Positions 30,275 to 39,221 of a DNA stretch of 64,000 bases are shown here, piece after piece. Positions within the stretch are counted from its first letter, which is position 1; each line of letters opens with the position of its first letter. Under the pieces are notes generated by a model. That model did not search any database, was not told the DNA's origin, and worked only from the letters and a program-made list of their open reading frames with translations. The position numbers were made by a program, and so were the translations under genes. This stretch comes from Smithellaceae bacterium (GTDB lineage Bacteria > Desulfobacterota > Syntrophia > Syntrophales > Smithellaceae), in assembly GCA_963667845.2 (NCBI GenBank), contig CAXXVL010000001.1, positions 640,001 through 704,000 on the forward strand. Reading direction: 5' to 3'.

Positions 30275-31534
30275 TTACTTCCGCAAATCCTTCGGCGCCT
30301 TGTAATCTGTCATTTTATACTTGAGAGGATAGATGACCTTCATTTCGCCGCCCTGCCATTGGACGATCGGCGTTACGTACTTGGGTGGAGGAAGGTTGTA
30401 ATGGTATTTCGGATTCCAGCCGATGGTGCCCAGGACGGCCACTTCTTCAACCTGCTCCAATTGCTTGATCAGGTTGTCGATGTTCCCAGTTCCGCCGGCT
30501 TTTTCGATTGCTTTCTTGAAGCCGTAAATGGTGTCATAGGTTGTGTGGGAACCGAAGATAGGACCGACCTTATAATTCTTTACCAGATTATCCATGAACG
30601 GAATCGTCTTGGGGGTGATGGCCACTCTGACCAGAGAGGATCCAACCATGACGCCGTTTGCTTTGCCTTCCGTCATTTTCCAGATCGGAGGCATACCGGC
30701 CAGCCCTCCCCAGATGAATACGGGGGTATTTCGGGCGCTCGATTGAGCCCACTGTTTGACAAAGGCCGGTTCATCAATGTAGCCGACGGCACAGTCGATG
30801 AGGTCGGCACCGGATTTGGCGATTTCCTCAAAGATGGGGTTAAACATCTTCTGGTCGAGAGAGATGGTCGTTTCATAAACGACATTGACGCCTTTTGCTT
30901 TATAAATCTCCTTCAAAGACGGAGAAACATTGGGAATGCCGTTGCGCAATGGTTTGGTCCATTCCATATCTTCGTAAAGAATAGCCACTTTTTTGATTTT
31001 GATCTGGTTCTTGAAGCAATCGATGTTGTCGGGAGCCAAAATTTTCAGGTAGTTGGTCGAGATGGCGTAATAGGTCTGGAAACCGAACCGGTACTTCTTA
31101 TAGTTGTCGCGGACACGATGCCAGATGTCGTCTCCGGAACCGATCGTGCTGAAGAAAATGTGCGGATATTCGGGAAAAAGTTCTGCTCCGATCTCCATGC
31201 CGGCGACGCCCATCTCCACTTTTTCTCCGATGAAGACGGCCAGAACTTTGTCGTTCATGACAAGCTTTTTATAGATCTCAACGCATTTGGGGATTTCGCC
31301 TTTGGTGTCTTCGACAATGAGCTTGATTTGACGTCCTTGAATGCCGCCCGCTTTATTGATCTCATCGACCGCCATGGTTGCTGCCGCTTTGGCGCTCAGT
31401 GAAAAGGGAGCGGACATGTTTCCCATGAAGCCGATCTTGATGGGTCCCGTTGTGTCCGGAGCTGCCCAGGCTCCTGTGGTCATCAAAAGAAAAACAAAAA
31501 TCATTCCGGCAAACAGATGTATCTTTTTCATCAT
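30275..31534 (-). CDS. ABC transporter substrate-binding protein (LivK/PBP type 1)
   Basis: Signal peptide, IKIG, AVDEINKAGGIQGR.I.L..ED. AGGAGG SD. Heads the Liv-type operon. Confidence 0.93.
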   Translation of the reverse strand: MMKKIHLFAGMIFVFLLMTTGAWAAPDTTGPIKIGFMGNMSAPFSLSAKAAATMAVDEINKAGGIQGRQIKLIVEDTKGEIPKCVEIYKKLVMNDKVLAVFIGEKVEMGVAGMEIGAELFPEYPHIFFSTIGSGDDIWHRVRDNYKKYRFGFQTYYAISTNYLKILAPDNIDCFKNQIKIKKVAILYEDMEWTKPLRNGIPNVSPSLKEIYKAKGVNVVYETTISLDQKMFNPIFEEIAKSGADLIDCAVGYIDEPAFVKQWAQSSARNTPVFIWGGLAGMPPIWKMTEGKANGVMVGSSLVRVAITPKTIPFMDNLVKNYKVGPIFGSHTTYDTIYGFKKAIEKAGGTGNIDNLIKQLEQVEEVAVLGTIGWNPKYHYNLPPPKYVTPIVQWQGGEMKVIYPLKYKMTDYKAPKDLRK

Positions 31535-31928
31535 GCTTCCTCCTGTTTTTTATATATTTTTCTTGAAAAGAACCGCAATCCGGTAAATCTCTATAACAAA
31601 CATTATATAAAACTATATCTACGGGTGTCAACGAAAATAACAGTCCGCAGGGGTCTTCCTGGGCCTTTCGTCTCTCATCATGTGTCAAAATACGAAGATA
31701 GAAGCAGAAAATATTCTTGCCTGATCCATTCGGAATCCGGTGGAAGACATCGCGGGGATGATGGTTCTTCAGCGGGATCATTTCAAGAAAGCCTCCCACT
31801 GCGGGGTCTCCCTGCCTGAGCACTCCTCCGGGGACTGCCGTGCATTTCGCGAACTGGTATAAGGTTGCCCCGGATGCGCTTGTGAGGTGTGAACAAACCG
31901 GAGAGCACCGCATTTTATTTGATTATGG

Positions 31929-31959
31929 TTGACAAAAAAAATCCTTATGCCAGTATAAT
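31929..31959 (+). promoter_or_regulatory. Consensus sigma70 hexamers with a 19 bp spacer upstream of tetR
   Basis: TTGACA (31929-34), N19, TATAAT (31954-59). Confidence 0.6.
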
Positions 31960-32014
31960 CAACTTCAATTGCAATTATTCGCCGATAGAAGGTTACAACG
32001 AGGATAAGGACGAG

Positions 32015-32650
32015 ATGGCCAAAAAAAAGGCAAGAGCGTCGAAAAACAACGGTGAACCCGAATCGCGGCAGCAGATCCTTGACGCGGCTCTGTCCCTGTT
32101 TGCGCAAAAAGGTTACGCCGCCACCTCCGTGCGGGAAATTGTGGATGCCGTTGGCATCACCGCGCCATCCCTTTATTATTACTTTGGCAGCAAGGAAGGC
32201 CTCTACATGGAACTGATGCAGACGCATTGTTCGCAAATTGATTCAATGCTGGCGCTGCATACCCACACCCGGGAGAGCGCGAAGCACCGGCTGAAAGACC
32301 TCGTCGGCACGATTTTCCAGCATGTCATCGAAGACAGGGATTTTTTCCGGCTCATGTTCACGATTTATTACGGTCCGTCTCAGGGCGCGCCTTATTGCGA
32401 TTTCATTTCATATCACGTGAAGTTTCACGCCGCGATAAAGAAAATTATCGCAGAAGGCATTTCGGCAAAAGAATTTCAGCCCGGCAACCCGGGACATATG
32501 ACCTGGGTGATCCGCGGCGTCGTGCAGCTTGCCATGGAGGAGCAAATCAAAGATGATCAAAAAAAAATCGATCGTGTGGGTCTGCAAAAAATTTTGGACC
32601 TGATTTTGGAACATCTGGAACAGCCGCCGTCTGCAGGTGAGGAGAAGTAA
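32015..32650 (+). CDS. TetR/AcrR family transcriptional regulator
   Basis: ILDAALSLFAQKGYAATSVREI...GIT.PSLYYYFGSKEGLY HTH. Start ATG 32015 follows AAGGA. Confidence 0.95.
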   Translation: MAKKKARASKNNGEPESRQQILDAALSLFAQKGYAATSVREIVDAVGITAPSLYYYFGSKEGLYMELMQTHCSQIDSMLALHTHTRESAKHRLKDLVGTIFQHVIEDRDFFRLMFTIYYGPSQGAPYCDFISYHVKFHAAIKKIIAEGISAKEFQPGNPGHMTWVIRGVVQLAMEEQIKDDQKKIDRVGLQKILDLILEHLEQPPSAGEEK

Positions 32651-32732
32651 TCCCGGCGGATATGTTTGAAAAAGGCCTGCGGCATGACGAATAAATTGAT
32701 TTGCAAAAAAAATCTTGGGAGGCAGGAAATTT

Positions 32733-33533
32733 ATGGACTTGAAGATTAAGGATAAGGTTGCAGTTGTGACAGGCGGGGGAAGCGGGATCGGTGAAGCCGT
32801 TGCGCTTCGTCTGGCTGCTGAAGGATCGAAAATCGTAGTGGCGGACTTGAATCCGGACGCGGCCGCGAAAGTTGTCGACGCGATCATCGCCGGCGGCGGC
32901 GATGCTTTGGCCGTTGTCTGCAATGCGACAGAGCCGCAAGACGTGGACCGCATGATCGAAAAGACCGTGAAGAAGTATGGCGCTGTCGATATCCTGGTTA
33001 ACAATGTGGGCGGGGGATCGGGCATTGCACTGATGGCGAAATCTTCGATCGAAGACTGGGATCAGACCATTGAAGTCAACTTGAAAAGCGCCTACCTCTG
33101 CTGCCGCGCCGCCGCGAAAGCCATGATTCCGCGGAAACAGGGCCGGATGATCAACATGTCTTCCGTCTCGGGCAGGCAGGGGGAACAGCTTTTGGGGGCG
33201 TATTGCGCGGCCAAATTCGGGGTGATCGGGCTTACGCAAACCCTGGCCAAAGAATTGGCGCGTCACGATATTACCGTAAACGCCGTATGTCCGGGTTATG
33301 TTTTTACGCCGGGATGGGAAAAGCTGGCACAGGCGGTAAAGGACGTCCAACCGGTGTATGCGAACATGAGCCTCGAAGAGATATTTGAAGCGCGGGTCAA
33401 AGCCGTCACTCCGCTTCGCCGCCCTCAATCCGCCGAGGAAATTGCCGGTCTTGTGGCATATCTGGCCTCGCACGATGCCAGAAGTATCACGGGCCAGGCC
33501 ATAAGTATCGACGGCGGCATTGTGATGCGTTGA
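32733..33533 (+). CDS. Short-chain dehydrogenase/reductase
   Basis: TGGGSGIG, LVNNVG, YCAAK (YxxxK), VNAVCPG, ITGQ.I.IDGG. Confidence 0.95.
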   Translation: MDLKIKDKVAVVTGGGSGIGEAVALRLAAEGSKIVVADLNPDAAAKVVDAIIAGGGDALAVVCNATEPQDVDRMIEKTVKKYGAVDILVNNVGGGSGIALMAKSSIEDWDQTIEVNLKSAYLCCRAAAKAMIPRKQGRMINMSSVSGRQGEQLLGAYCAAKFGVIGLTQTLAKELARHDITVNAVCPGYVFTPGWEKLAQAVKDVQPVYANMSLEEIFEARVKAVTPLRRPQSAEEIAGLVAYLASHDARSITGQAISIDGGIVMR

Positions 33534-33614
33534 GAATATCCGCGGCTCCATGCGGGGGGCCGCGAGCGTCCATTTGCTTGAGGAAAGTCGGCTGGAGCGG
33601 CAAGGGATGATATT

Positions 33615-33647
33615 ATGACCAGCAGATATTTAGTAAATGGTGGTCAT
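33615..33647. promoter_or_regulatory. Inverted-repeat operator candidate, copy A
   Basis: ATGACCA-N19-TGGTCAT, conserved upstream of the paralogous gene at 35185. Confidence 0.7.
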
Positions 33648-33849
33648 ATTTTTTTCACAATGATTTCCAGAATATCGCAAAGTGAAGTGGGATGTTTTTG
33701 TGCATTAAACAAATATCTAATGTTATTAAGGCATTGACATGCTGTTCATTTTGAGTATCAGTAAAACTAGCATAAAAGGGGAGGGAAATGATCTTTGCAT
33801 TTCCTGTTGTTACGAAGAAGGACAAAATAATCATTAGGAGGAACAGGGC

Positions 33850-35091
33850 ATGAAGTATTTTAAGATGTTTGTTTGTCTGACTGCGGCTGTTTTTTTTGTA
33901 TCCTGGGCGGGAAATAGTAAAGCTGATGAAATCTTGATCGGGTATACCGGACCGCTTTCCGGTCCCGCGGCCGAATACGGTCAAGACATTTTTAACGGGG
34001 TTGACATGGCCGTTAAAGAACTGAATGCCAGCGGCGGCATAATCGTTCAGGGGAAAAAATACACATTCAAAGTTGAGAAGCTCGATGACCGTATTGATCC
34101 GACGCAGGCTGTAAACAATGCCCGCCGGTTCAAACAGAATAAGGCCATCGCCGTTTTCAACGGTGTTTTCAATACCCTCGCTCCCATGATGAAGATCAAT
34201 GAAGAAAAGGGCAATGAGTTCATTGTTATGGCCTATACCAGCACGCCCAAGGTGACAGAAATGGGCAATAAGCTGGTCGTGGCGACCACGCTTGATTTTA
34301 ATACCTACGTGAAAGTCTTTGCCGACTGGGCGTTGAAAAAGGGATGGAAAAAATGCGCCATGGTCGTGACGCTGGGAGCTTACGGTGACGAATGGCGGGC
34401 GGGCTTCAGATCATACTACGAAAAAAGGGGAGGGACGATCACCATCGACAAGCCGGCCAACTATTACACGGAGACGGATTTTTCTTCTCAACTTGCGGCG
34501 TCCGTCGCCACAAAACCCGATGTGATGCTGATCGGCGGACCTTCGGCCACAACGGCTCTGGTGATCGAACAGGCCAGGAGTATGGGTTATAAAGGCGGTT
34601 TCATGCTCATCGATCAGGCCAAGCAGGATTACATTGCCATCCTGCTCAAAGGGAGCAAAGTGATGAGTCCACTGATTGGAACGGCGGGAGTCGTGAGCAT
34701 TCCCTTTGAAGGCGCGACGATATTCGATAAGAAATATGTTCGTACCTACAAACGGATGGTTACCTGGGAATGCGCCCTCAATTATACGGCCACACATGCG
34801 CTGGCCCGGGCGATTGTGGCCGCGGGAACGGTCGATAATGTGTATAAGATCCGCGCCGCTTTTCCCAAAGCTTTAGATCCGCCGATGCTGGGTGATAAGT
34901 ATCCCAACGGGGTGTTCGGGATCACCAGCGCCGGACGAATGCTGATTATGGCTTCTGTTCAAACCATCACCAACGGTAAGTTCGACCCCTCGGTGTTGTA
35001 CGCCTGGTGGCCCGAAACACAGAAAGAGTTTGAAACGGCCAAAAGAATAGGTGGAACGCCGCAAAATGAAGTTTTGTGGCTGAGGCACTAA
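33850..35091 (+). CDS. ABC substrate-binding protein (PBP type 1), tandem paralog A
   Basis: Signal peptide, IGYTGPLSGPAAEYG, TDFS motif. AGGAGG SD. Confidence 0.93.
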   Translation: MKYFKMFVCLTAAVFFVSWAGNSKADEILIGYTGPLSGPAAEYGQDIFNGVDMAVKELNASGGIIVQGKKYTFKVEKLDDRIDPTQAVNNARRFKQNKAIAVFNGVFNTLAPMMKINEEKGNEFIVMAYTSTPKVTEMGNKLVVATTLDFNTYVKVFADWALKKGWKKCAMVVTLGAYGDEWRAGFRSYYEKRGGTITIDKPANYYTETDFSSQLAASVATKPDVMLIGGPSATTALVIEQARSMGYKGGFMLIDQAKQDYIAILLKGSKVMSPLIGTAGVVSIPFEGATIFDKKYVRTYKRMVTWECALNYTATHALARAIVAAGTVDNVYKIRAAFPKALDPPMLGDKYPNGVFGITSAGRMLIMASVQTITNGKFDPSVLYAWWPETQKEFETAKRIGGTPQNEVLWLRH

Positions 35092-35119
35092 AGGGTTCCG
35101 AAATTTATTTTATTGACTG

Positions 35120-35149
35120 AAAGAGGCAGGGCAACCTGCCTCTTTTTTT
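35120..35149 (+). terminator. Intrinsic terminator
   Basis: AAAGAGGCAGG-gcaa-CCTGCCTCTTTTTTT. Confidence 0.9.
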
Positions 35150-35184
35150 ATTAAGCGATCAGAGGGCGAACCGCGCAGAAATGG

Positions 35185-35215
35185 TGACCGGTAGATATTT
35201 TATAAATGACGGTCA
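35185..35215. promoter_or_regulatory. Inverted-repeat operator candidate, copy B
   Basis: TGACCG-N19-CGGTCA, same spacing as copy A with a symmetric substitution. Confidence 0.7.
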
Positions 35216-35416
35216 TATTATTTCCATAATTATATCCGGCTTGTCGTGAATCAGAACCGCTTATTTTCAATCGATTGCAAATACACAATGTTATTATGAT
35301 ATTGACATGTGGACTTTTTTGAGTCAGTAAAATTGTCCATAAAAGGGGAGGGAGATGATCTCATCATTTCCCATTGTTACAAGTTAAGACAACACAATAA
35401 CGAGGAGGAACAAGGA

Positions 35417-36658
35417 ATGAAGTATCTGAAGGTGTTAGTTTGTCTGGTTGCTGCTGTTTTTGTCATGTCGTGGGTAGGAAGTAGTAAGGCGGAAGACATT
35501 GTTATCGGTTATACCGGACCGCTCAGCGGACCGGCAGCGGAGTACGGTCAGGATATTCTCAGTGGCGTTGATATGGCTGTTAAGGACGTTAATGCCGCCG
35601 GAGGAGTTACGGTCGGCGGAAAGAAATATATGTTCCGGCTGGAAAAGCTTGACGACCGTGTTGACCCCACGCAGGCAGTCAATAACGCGCGCCGCTTCAA
35701 GGCAAACAAAGCGATTGCGGTTGTCAACGGTGTTTTCAATACCATCGCACCTCTGATGAAAATCAATGAAGAAAAGGGCAACGAGTTCATTATGATTGCT
35801 TACACCAGCACTCCCAAGGTAACAGAGATGGGCAATAAGCTGGTCGTGGCCACAACCGTTGATTTTACCACTTATGTCCAGGTCTTTGCCGAATGGGCAC
35901 TTAAAAAAGGCTGGAAGAGATGCGCCATGGTTGTCACTTTGGGCGCTTACGGCGATGAATGGAGAAACGGATTCAAGGGATACTGGGAAAAGCACGGCGG
36001 CGTTATCACCGCAGATAAGCCGGCTAATTACTACACGGAAACCGACTTTTCCGCTCCGATTGCGGCCTCCATCGCCACCAAACCGGATGTCATGCTGATC
36101 GGCGGTCCGTCTGCTACAACGGCTCTGGTTATCGAGCAGGCCCGGGCAATGGGTTTCAAAGGCGGCTTCATTATGATCGATCAGGGCAAACAGGATTACA
36201 TTGCCAAATTACTCAAAGGCACAAAGACGATGGGCAATCTGATCGGCACGGGCGGAGTGGTCAGTGTTCCCTTCCCCGGTGCGGCAACTTTTGAGAAGAG
36301 ATTTACGGAGCAGTACAAGAAAATGGTTACCTGGGAGTGCGCCCTGAATTATACGGCCATTCATGCTCTGGCTCGTTCCATCGAGGCAGCCGGGACAACT
36401 ACGGACGTTTACAAAATTCGTGATGCATTTCCCAAAGCGCTGGCTAACGGATTGCTGGGCGACAAATACCCCAATGAAGAGTTCGGCATTGAAAAATCCG
36501 GCCGTATGCATATTGCAGCCTCCGTCCAGACTATTACGAACGGAAAATCCGATCCGTCCATACTCTATGTCTGGTGGACAAAGACTCAAAAAGAATTTGA
36601 TCTCGTTAAAAAGCGGTCCTTCGCAAAACATAATGAGATCGTTTGGATGAAGTTTTAG
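35417..36658 (+). CDS. ABC substrate-binding protein (PBP type 1), tandem paralog B
   Basis: Colinear and highly similar to 33850..35091. ATG 35417 follows GAGGAGG. Confidence 0.93.
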   Translation: MKYLKVLVCLVAAVFVMSWVGSSKAEDIVIGYTGPLSGPAAEYGQDILSGVDMAVKDVNAAGGVTVGGKKYMFRLEKLDDRVDPTQAVNNARRFKANKAIAVVNGVFNTIAPLMKINEEKGNEFIMIAYTSTPKVTEMGNKLVVATTVDFTTYVQVFAEWALKKGWKRCAMVVTLGAYGDEWRNGFKGYWEKHGGVITADKPANYYTETDFSAPIAASIATKPDVMLIGGPSATTALVIEQARAMGFKGGFIMIDQGKQDYIAKLLKGTKTMGNLIGTGGVVSVPFPGAATFEKRFTEQYKKMVTWECALNYTAIHALARSIEAAGTTTDVYKIRDAFPKALANGLLGDKYPNEEFGIEKSGRMHIAASVQTITNGKSDPSILYVWWTKTQKEFDLVKKRSFAKHNEIVWMKF

Positions 36659-36690
36659 CATCCGCCAAAAAAACAGATAGACTCGGAATC

Positions 36691-36728
36691 AAAAAAGGAC
36701 AGGGAGTAATCCCTGTCCTTTTCTTTTT
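36691..36728. terminator. Bidirectional intrinsic terminator
   Basis: AAAAAAGGACAGGGA-gtaa-TCCCTGTCCTTTTCTTTTT between convergent genes. Confidence 0.9.
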
Positions 36729-36772
36729 GATATCAGAATTCTTTTTACACTGGTGAACATGAAAAGCAAAAA

Positions 36773-37993
36773 TCAATTTGATGATGTTGAATGGGGAACC
36801 AAAATGATGCCCTCTTCTCGAAGCGCCTCGATTTCTTCTTTACTGTAACCGATTTCTTCCAGAATGGATCTGGTATCTTCTCCCAGCGAGGGTGCGGGCC
36901 CGGCGGGTGCGGCCTTTGTTGCCGAGAATTTAAGCGGGACGCCGATCCCCTTGATTGTGCCGCAGACGGGATGTGTCTGCTCGTAAACCATTTGCCGCGC
37001 CTTCAATTGCGGGTCCGTTTCCACTTCCGAAATGTCCAGCACCGGTGTCAGACAAACATCAAGGTCCTTTGCCCGGGCGATCCATTCCCCCCGGGTTTTT
37101 GTCCGGAAGAGCGCGGTGATTTCCTTACGCAGACTTTCGGCTTCAGCCCCCATGACCATGTGTCGATCCACCCATTCGGGGCGGCCCGCCATGTCGCAAA
37201 AAATTTTCCAGAACTTGGCTTCCAGGATGCCCAGCGCGACGTATTTTCCGTCGGCGCATGGATAGGTGCCGTAGCAGGCGAGCCCTCCTGAAAGGGGCAG
37301 CTCTCCCGGCGCCATCGTGAGTTTGGTTGCCTGATAGTGAGCCATTTGCAGGGTCATGAGCGGCAGGAGGCAGTCGAGCATGGATACGTCAACCTGCTGA
37401 CCCCGGCCGGTCTTCTCCCGGGCCCAGAGTGCGGAAAGACAGGCGATGATGGACATATAGGCGCCCCCTGCGACATCGCCCAGTTGTGGAGCGGGAAGAA
37501 CCGGGCCGGTTTCCCGAGAGCCGGTGGCCGACAGGATGCCGGCGTAGCCGATAAAATTAATATCGTGCGCGGCGACTGCGGCGTATGGCCCATCCTGGCC
37601 ATAGCCGGTAATCGAGACGTAAATAATATCCGGCTTTATTTTTCCGGCTGCCGCATACCCAATGCCGAGTTCGTCGAGCACGCCGGGCCGGAATTGTTCG
37701 ATGACAATGTCGGCCGTTTTGAGCAGATCAAAAAAAATACCGACGCCTCCGGCTGATTTGAGATTTATCGCCAGACTGCGCTTCGAGCGGTTGACGGCAA
37801 TGAAGCCCGCCGATTCGGATTCGATGTACGGTGGATAGAAGCGCATGTAATCCGGTGAATTCATATCCTCGACCTTGATGACGTCTGCTCCCATATCTGC
37901 GAGCATCATGGTGCCGAGCGGCCCGGGGTAAAGCCTTGTGAGATCGAGGATGCGAATGCCCTGCAGAGGGCCGTTTTGAGGTTTTGTCGCCAT
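36773..37993 (-). CDS. Class III CoA-transferase / alpha-methylacyl-CoA racemase-like protein
   Basis: GPLQGIRILDLTRLYPGP, LADMGADVIKVE, NRSKRS, FRPGV, GYGQDGP, HDINF, LGDVAGG. Confidence 0.93.
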   Translation of the reverse strand: MATKPQNGPLQGIRILDLTRLYPGPLGTMMLADMGADVIKVEDMNSPDYMRFYPPYIESESAGFIAVNRSKRSLAINLKSAGGVGIFFDLLKTADIVIEQFRPGVLDELGIGYAAAGKIKPDIIYVSITGYGQDGPYAAVAAHDINFIGYAGILSATGSRETGPVLPAPQLGDVAGGAYMSIIACLSALWAREKTGRGQQVDVSMLDCLLPLMTLQMAHYQATKLTMAPGELPLSGGLACYGTYPCADGKYVALGILEAKFWKIFCDMAGRPEWVDRHMVMGAEAESLRKEITALFRTKTRGEWIARAKDLDVCLTPVLDISEVETDPQLKARQMVYEQTHPVCGTIKGIGVPLKFSATKAAPAGPAPSLGEDTRSILEEIGYSKEEIEALREEGIILVPHSTSSN

Positions 37994-38055
37994 GGGTAGA
38001 TTCTCCGCGCGCTGCGAAAATTTTGTCAAGGATCTGTCTTGAGCGGTGCAAACAT

Positions 38056-39024
38056 CTAAATTGCTTCGATCGTGGACGTCGGTTTGCAGGTAATATTGTA
38101 GGTTACACTTACGACATCAGGAATATCCCGGGTGATCTTCGCGGCGATTTTTTCCAGCACCTCAAAAGGCAAACGGGTGGGCCTGGCCTTGCGCGCGTCG
38201 GTGCTTTCCCAGCAGCGGATCTCGATCTGGTTGCCGAAAACCCGCTTGTTATTCCGCATCCCCGTTACGCGGTCTTCATGCAGAATGGCCAGATACTGAA
38301 ATGCCTTGACATCCTTAAGCACGGCTTCGGTAATGGAGGTGGCTTCCCGGACCAGCGCGATTTTAGCGGGTGTCACTTCGCCGATCACGCGGGCGGCCAG
38401 CGCAGGCCCCGGAAAGGGGATCCGGTCAAACATGCTCTCCGGAAGACCCAGGCCGCGGCCGACTTTCCTGACCCCGTCCTTGCGCAGCTCGATGAGCGGC
38501 TCCAGAATTTTATAGCCGAAGGCTTTCTGCGGGTCGATGCCCAGTTGTTCAAAGACATTGTGCTGACGTTTAATGCCGGCGACCGTTTCATCCACGTCAG
38601 TGAGAATTGTTCCCTGCAGCAGGTATTTAGCCCTACTCTTCACGACCAGCTTTCCAAAGATATTTTTGTAAAACGTCTGGGTAATGGCTTCCCTTTTTTC
38701 TTCCGGATCGGTGAGCCCTTTGAGTGCGGCAAAGAAGGTTTTGGACGCATCCAGGACCGCAACTTCGATCCCGAGTTTCTTAAAGGCCGCCGCGACTCTG
38801 GCCGGTTCTCCTTCCCGCATGATGCCGTTGTCAATAAAATAGGTTTTCAATCGCTTTCCGAGCGCCCTATGCCCCAGGGCGGTAACGACCGATGAGTCCA
38901 CGCCGCCCGACAGAGCATTGATGGCGAGGCCGTCGCCCACGGCGCTGCGGATATCGCGGACTTTGTCATCAATAAATCTTTCCACATTCATGGTGCTTGC
39001 TTTGATTTCTTTCATTTTAATCAT
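38056..39024 (-). CDS. Stand-alone GMP synthase ATP-pyrophosphatase/C-terminal subunit homolog, with no glutaminase domain
   Basis: ALSGGVDS PP-loop, DPEEKR, LLQGT, IKRQHNV, LEPL.EL.KD.VR, PFPGPALAAR, ITCKPTSTIE. Confidence 0.9.
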   Translation of the reverse strand: MIKMKEIKASTMNVERFIDDKVRDIRSAVGDGLAINALSGGVDSSVVTALGHRALGKRLKTYFIDNGIMREGEPARVAAAFKKLGIEVAVLDASKTFFAALKGLTDPEEKREAITQTFYKNIFGKLVVKSRAKYLLQGTILTDVDETVAGIKRQHNVFEQLGIDPQKAFGYKILEPLIELRKDGVRKVGRGLGLPESMFDRIPFPGPALAARVIGEVTPAKIALVREATSITEAVLKDVKAFQYLAILHEDRVTGMRNNKRVFGNQIEIRCWESTDARKARPTRLPFEVLEKIAAKITRDIPDVVSVTYNITCKPTSTIEAI

Positions 39025-39070
39025 GGCGGCTCCTTTTTATGATGGAATGAGATGCAAAAATATTTAATCG

Positions 39071-39167
39071 AAATTGCGCCGCGTTTCAAGCATTAAAGAA
39101 AAAAAGAACAAAATAGTGCCGCGATTCGTACATTACTGAACATTTTTATTGTAAATGCGCCGCGTTG
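39071..39167. repeat. Three direct motif copies with ~40 bp period in the divergent promoter
   Basis: AAATTGCGCCGCGTTT (39071), AAATAGTGCCGCGATT (39111), TAAATGCGCCGCGTTG (39152). Confidence 0.65.
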
Positions 39168-39221
39168 GGTTTAAAAATCATTCAGCAATTACTGAATCAT
39201 TCCTTCTGAAAGGAGATAACC

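Noticed and set aside
31620..31900. Possible ncRNA or riboswitch in the long ABC/tetR intergenic region
   Set aside because: Only short local hairpins. I could not identify a T-box, SAM, cobalamin or TPP signature; an Rfam scan would be needed.
33728..33743. Sigma54 promoter upstream of SBP paralog A (GGCA...TGC)
   Set aside because: GG and GC are 9 bp apart instead of the required 10, and the motif is not kept in paralog B.
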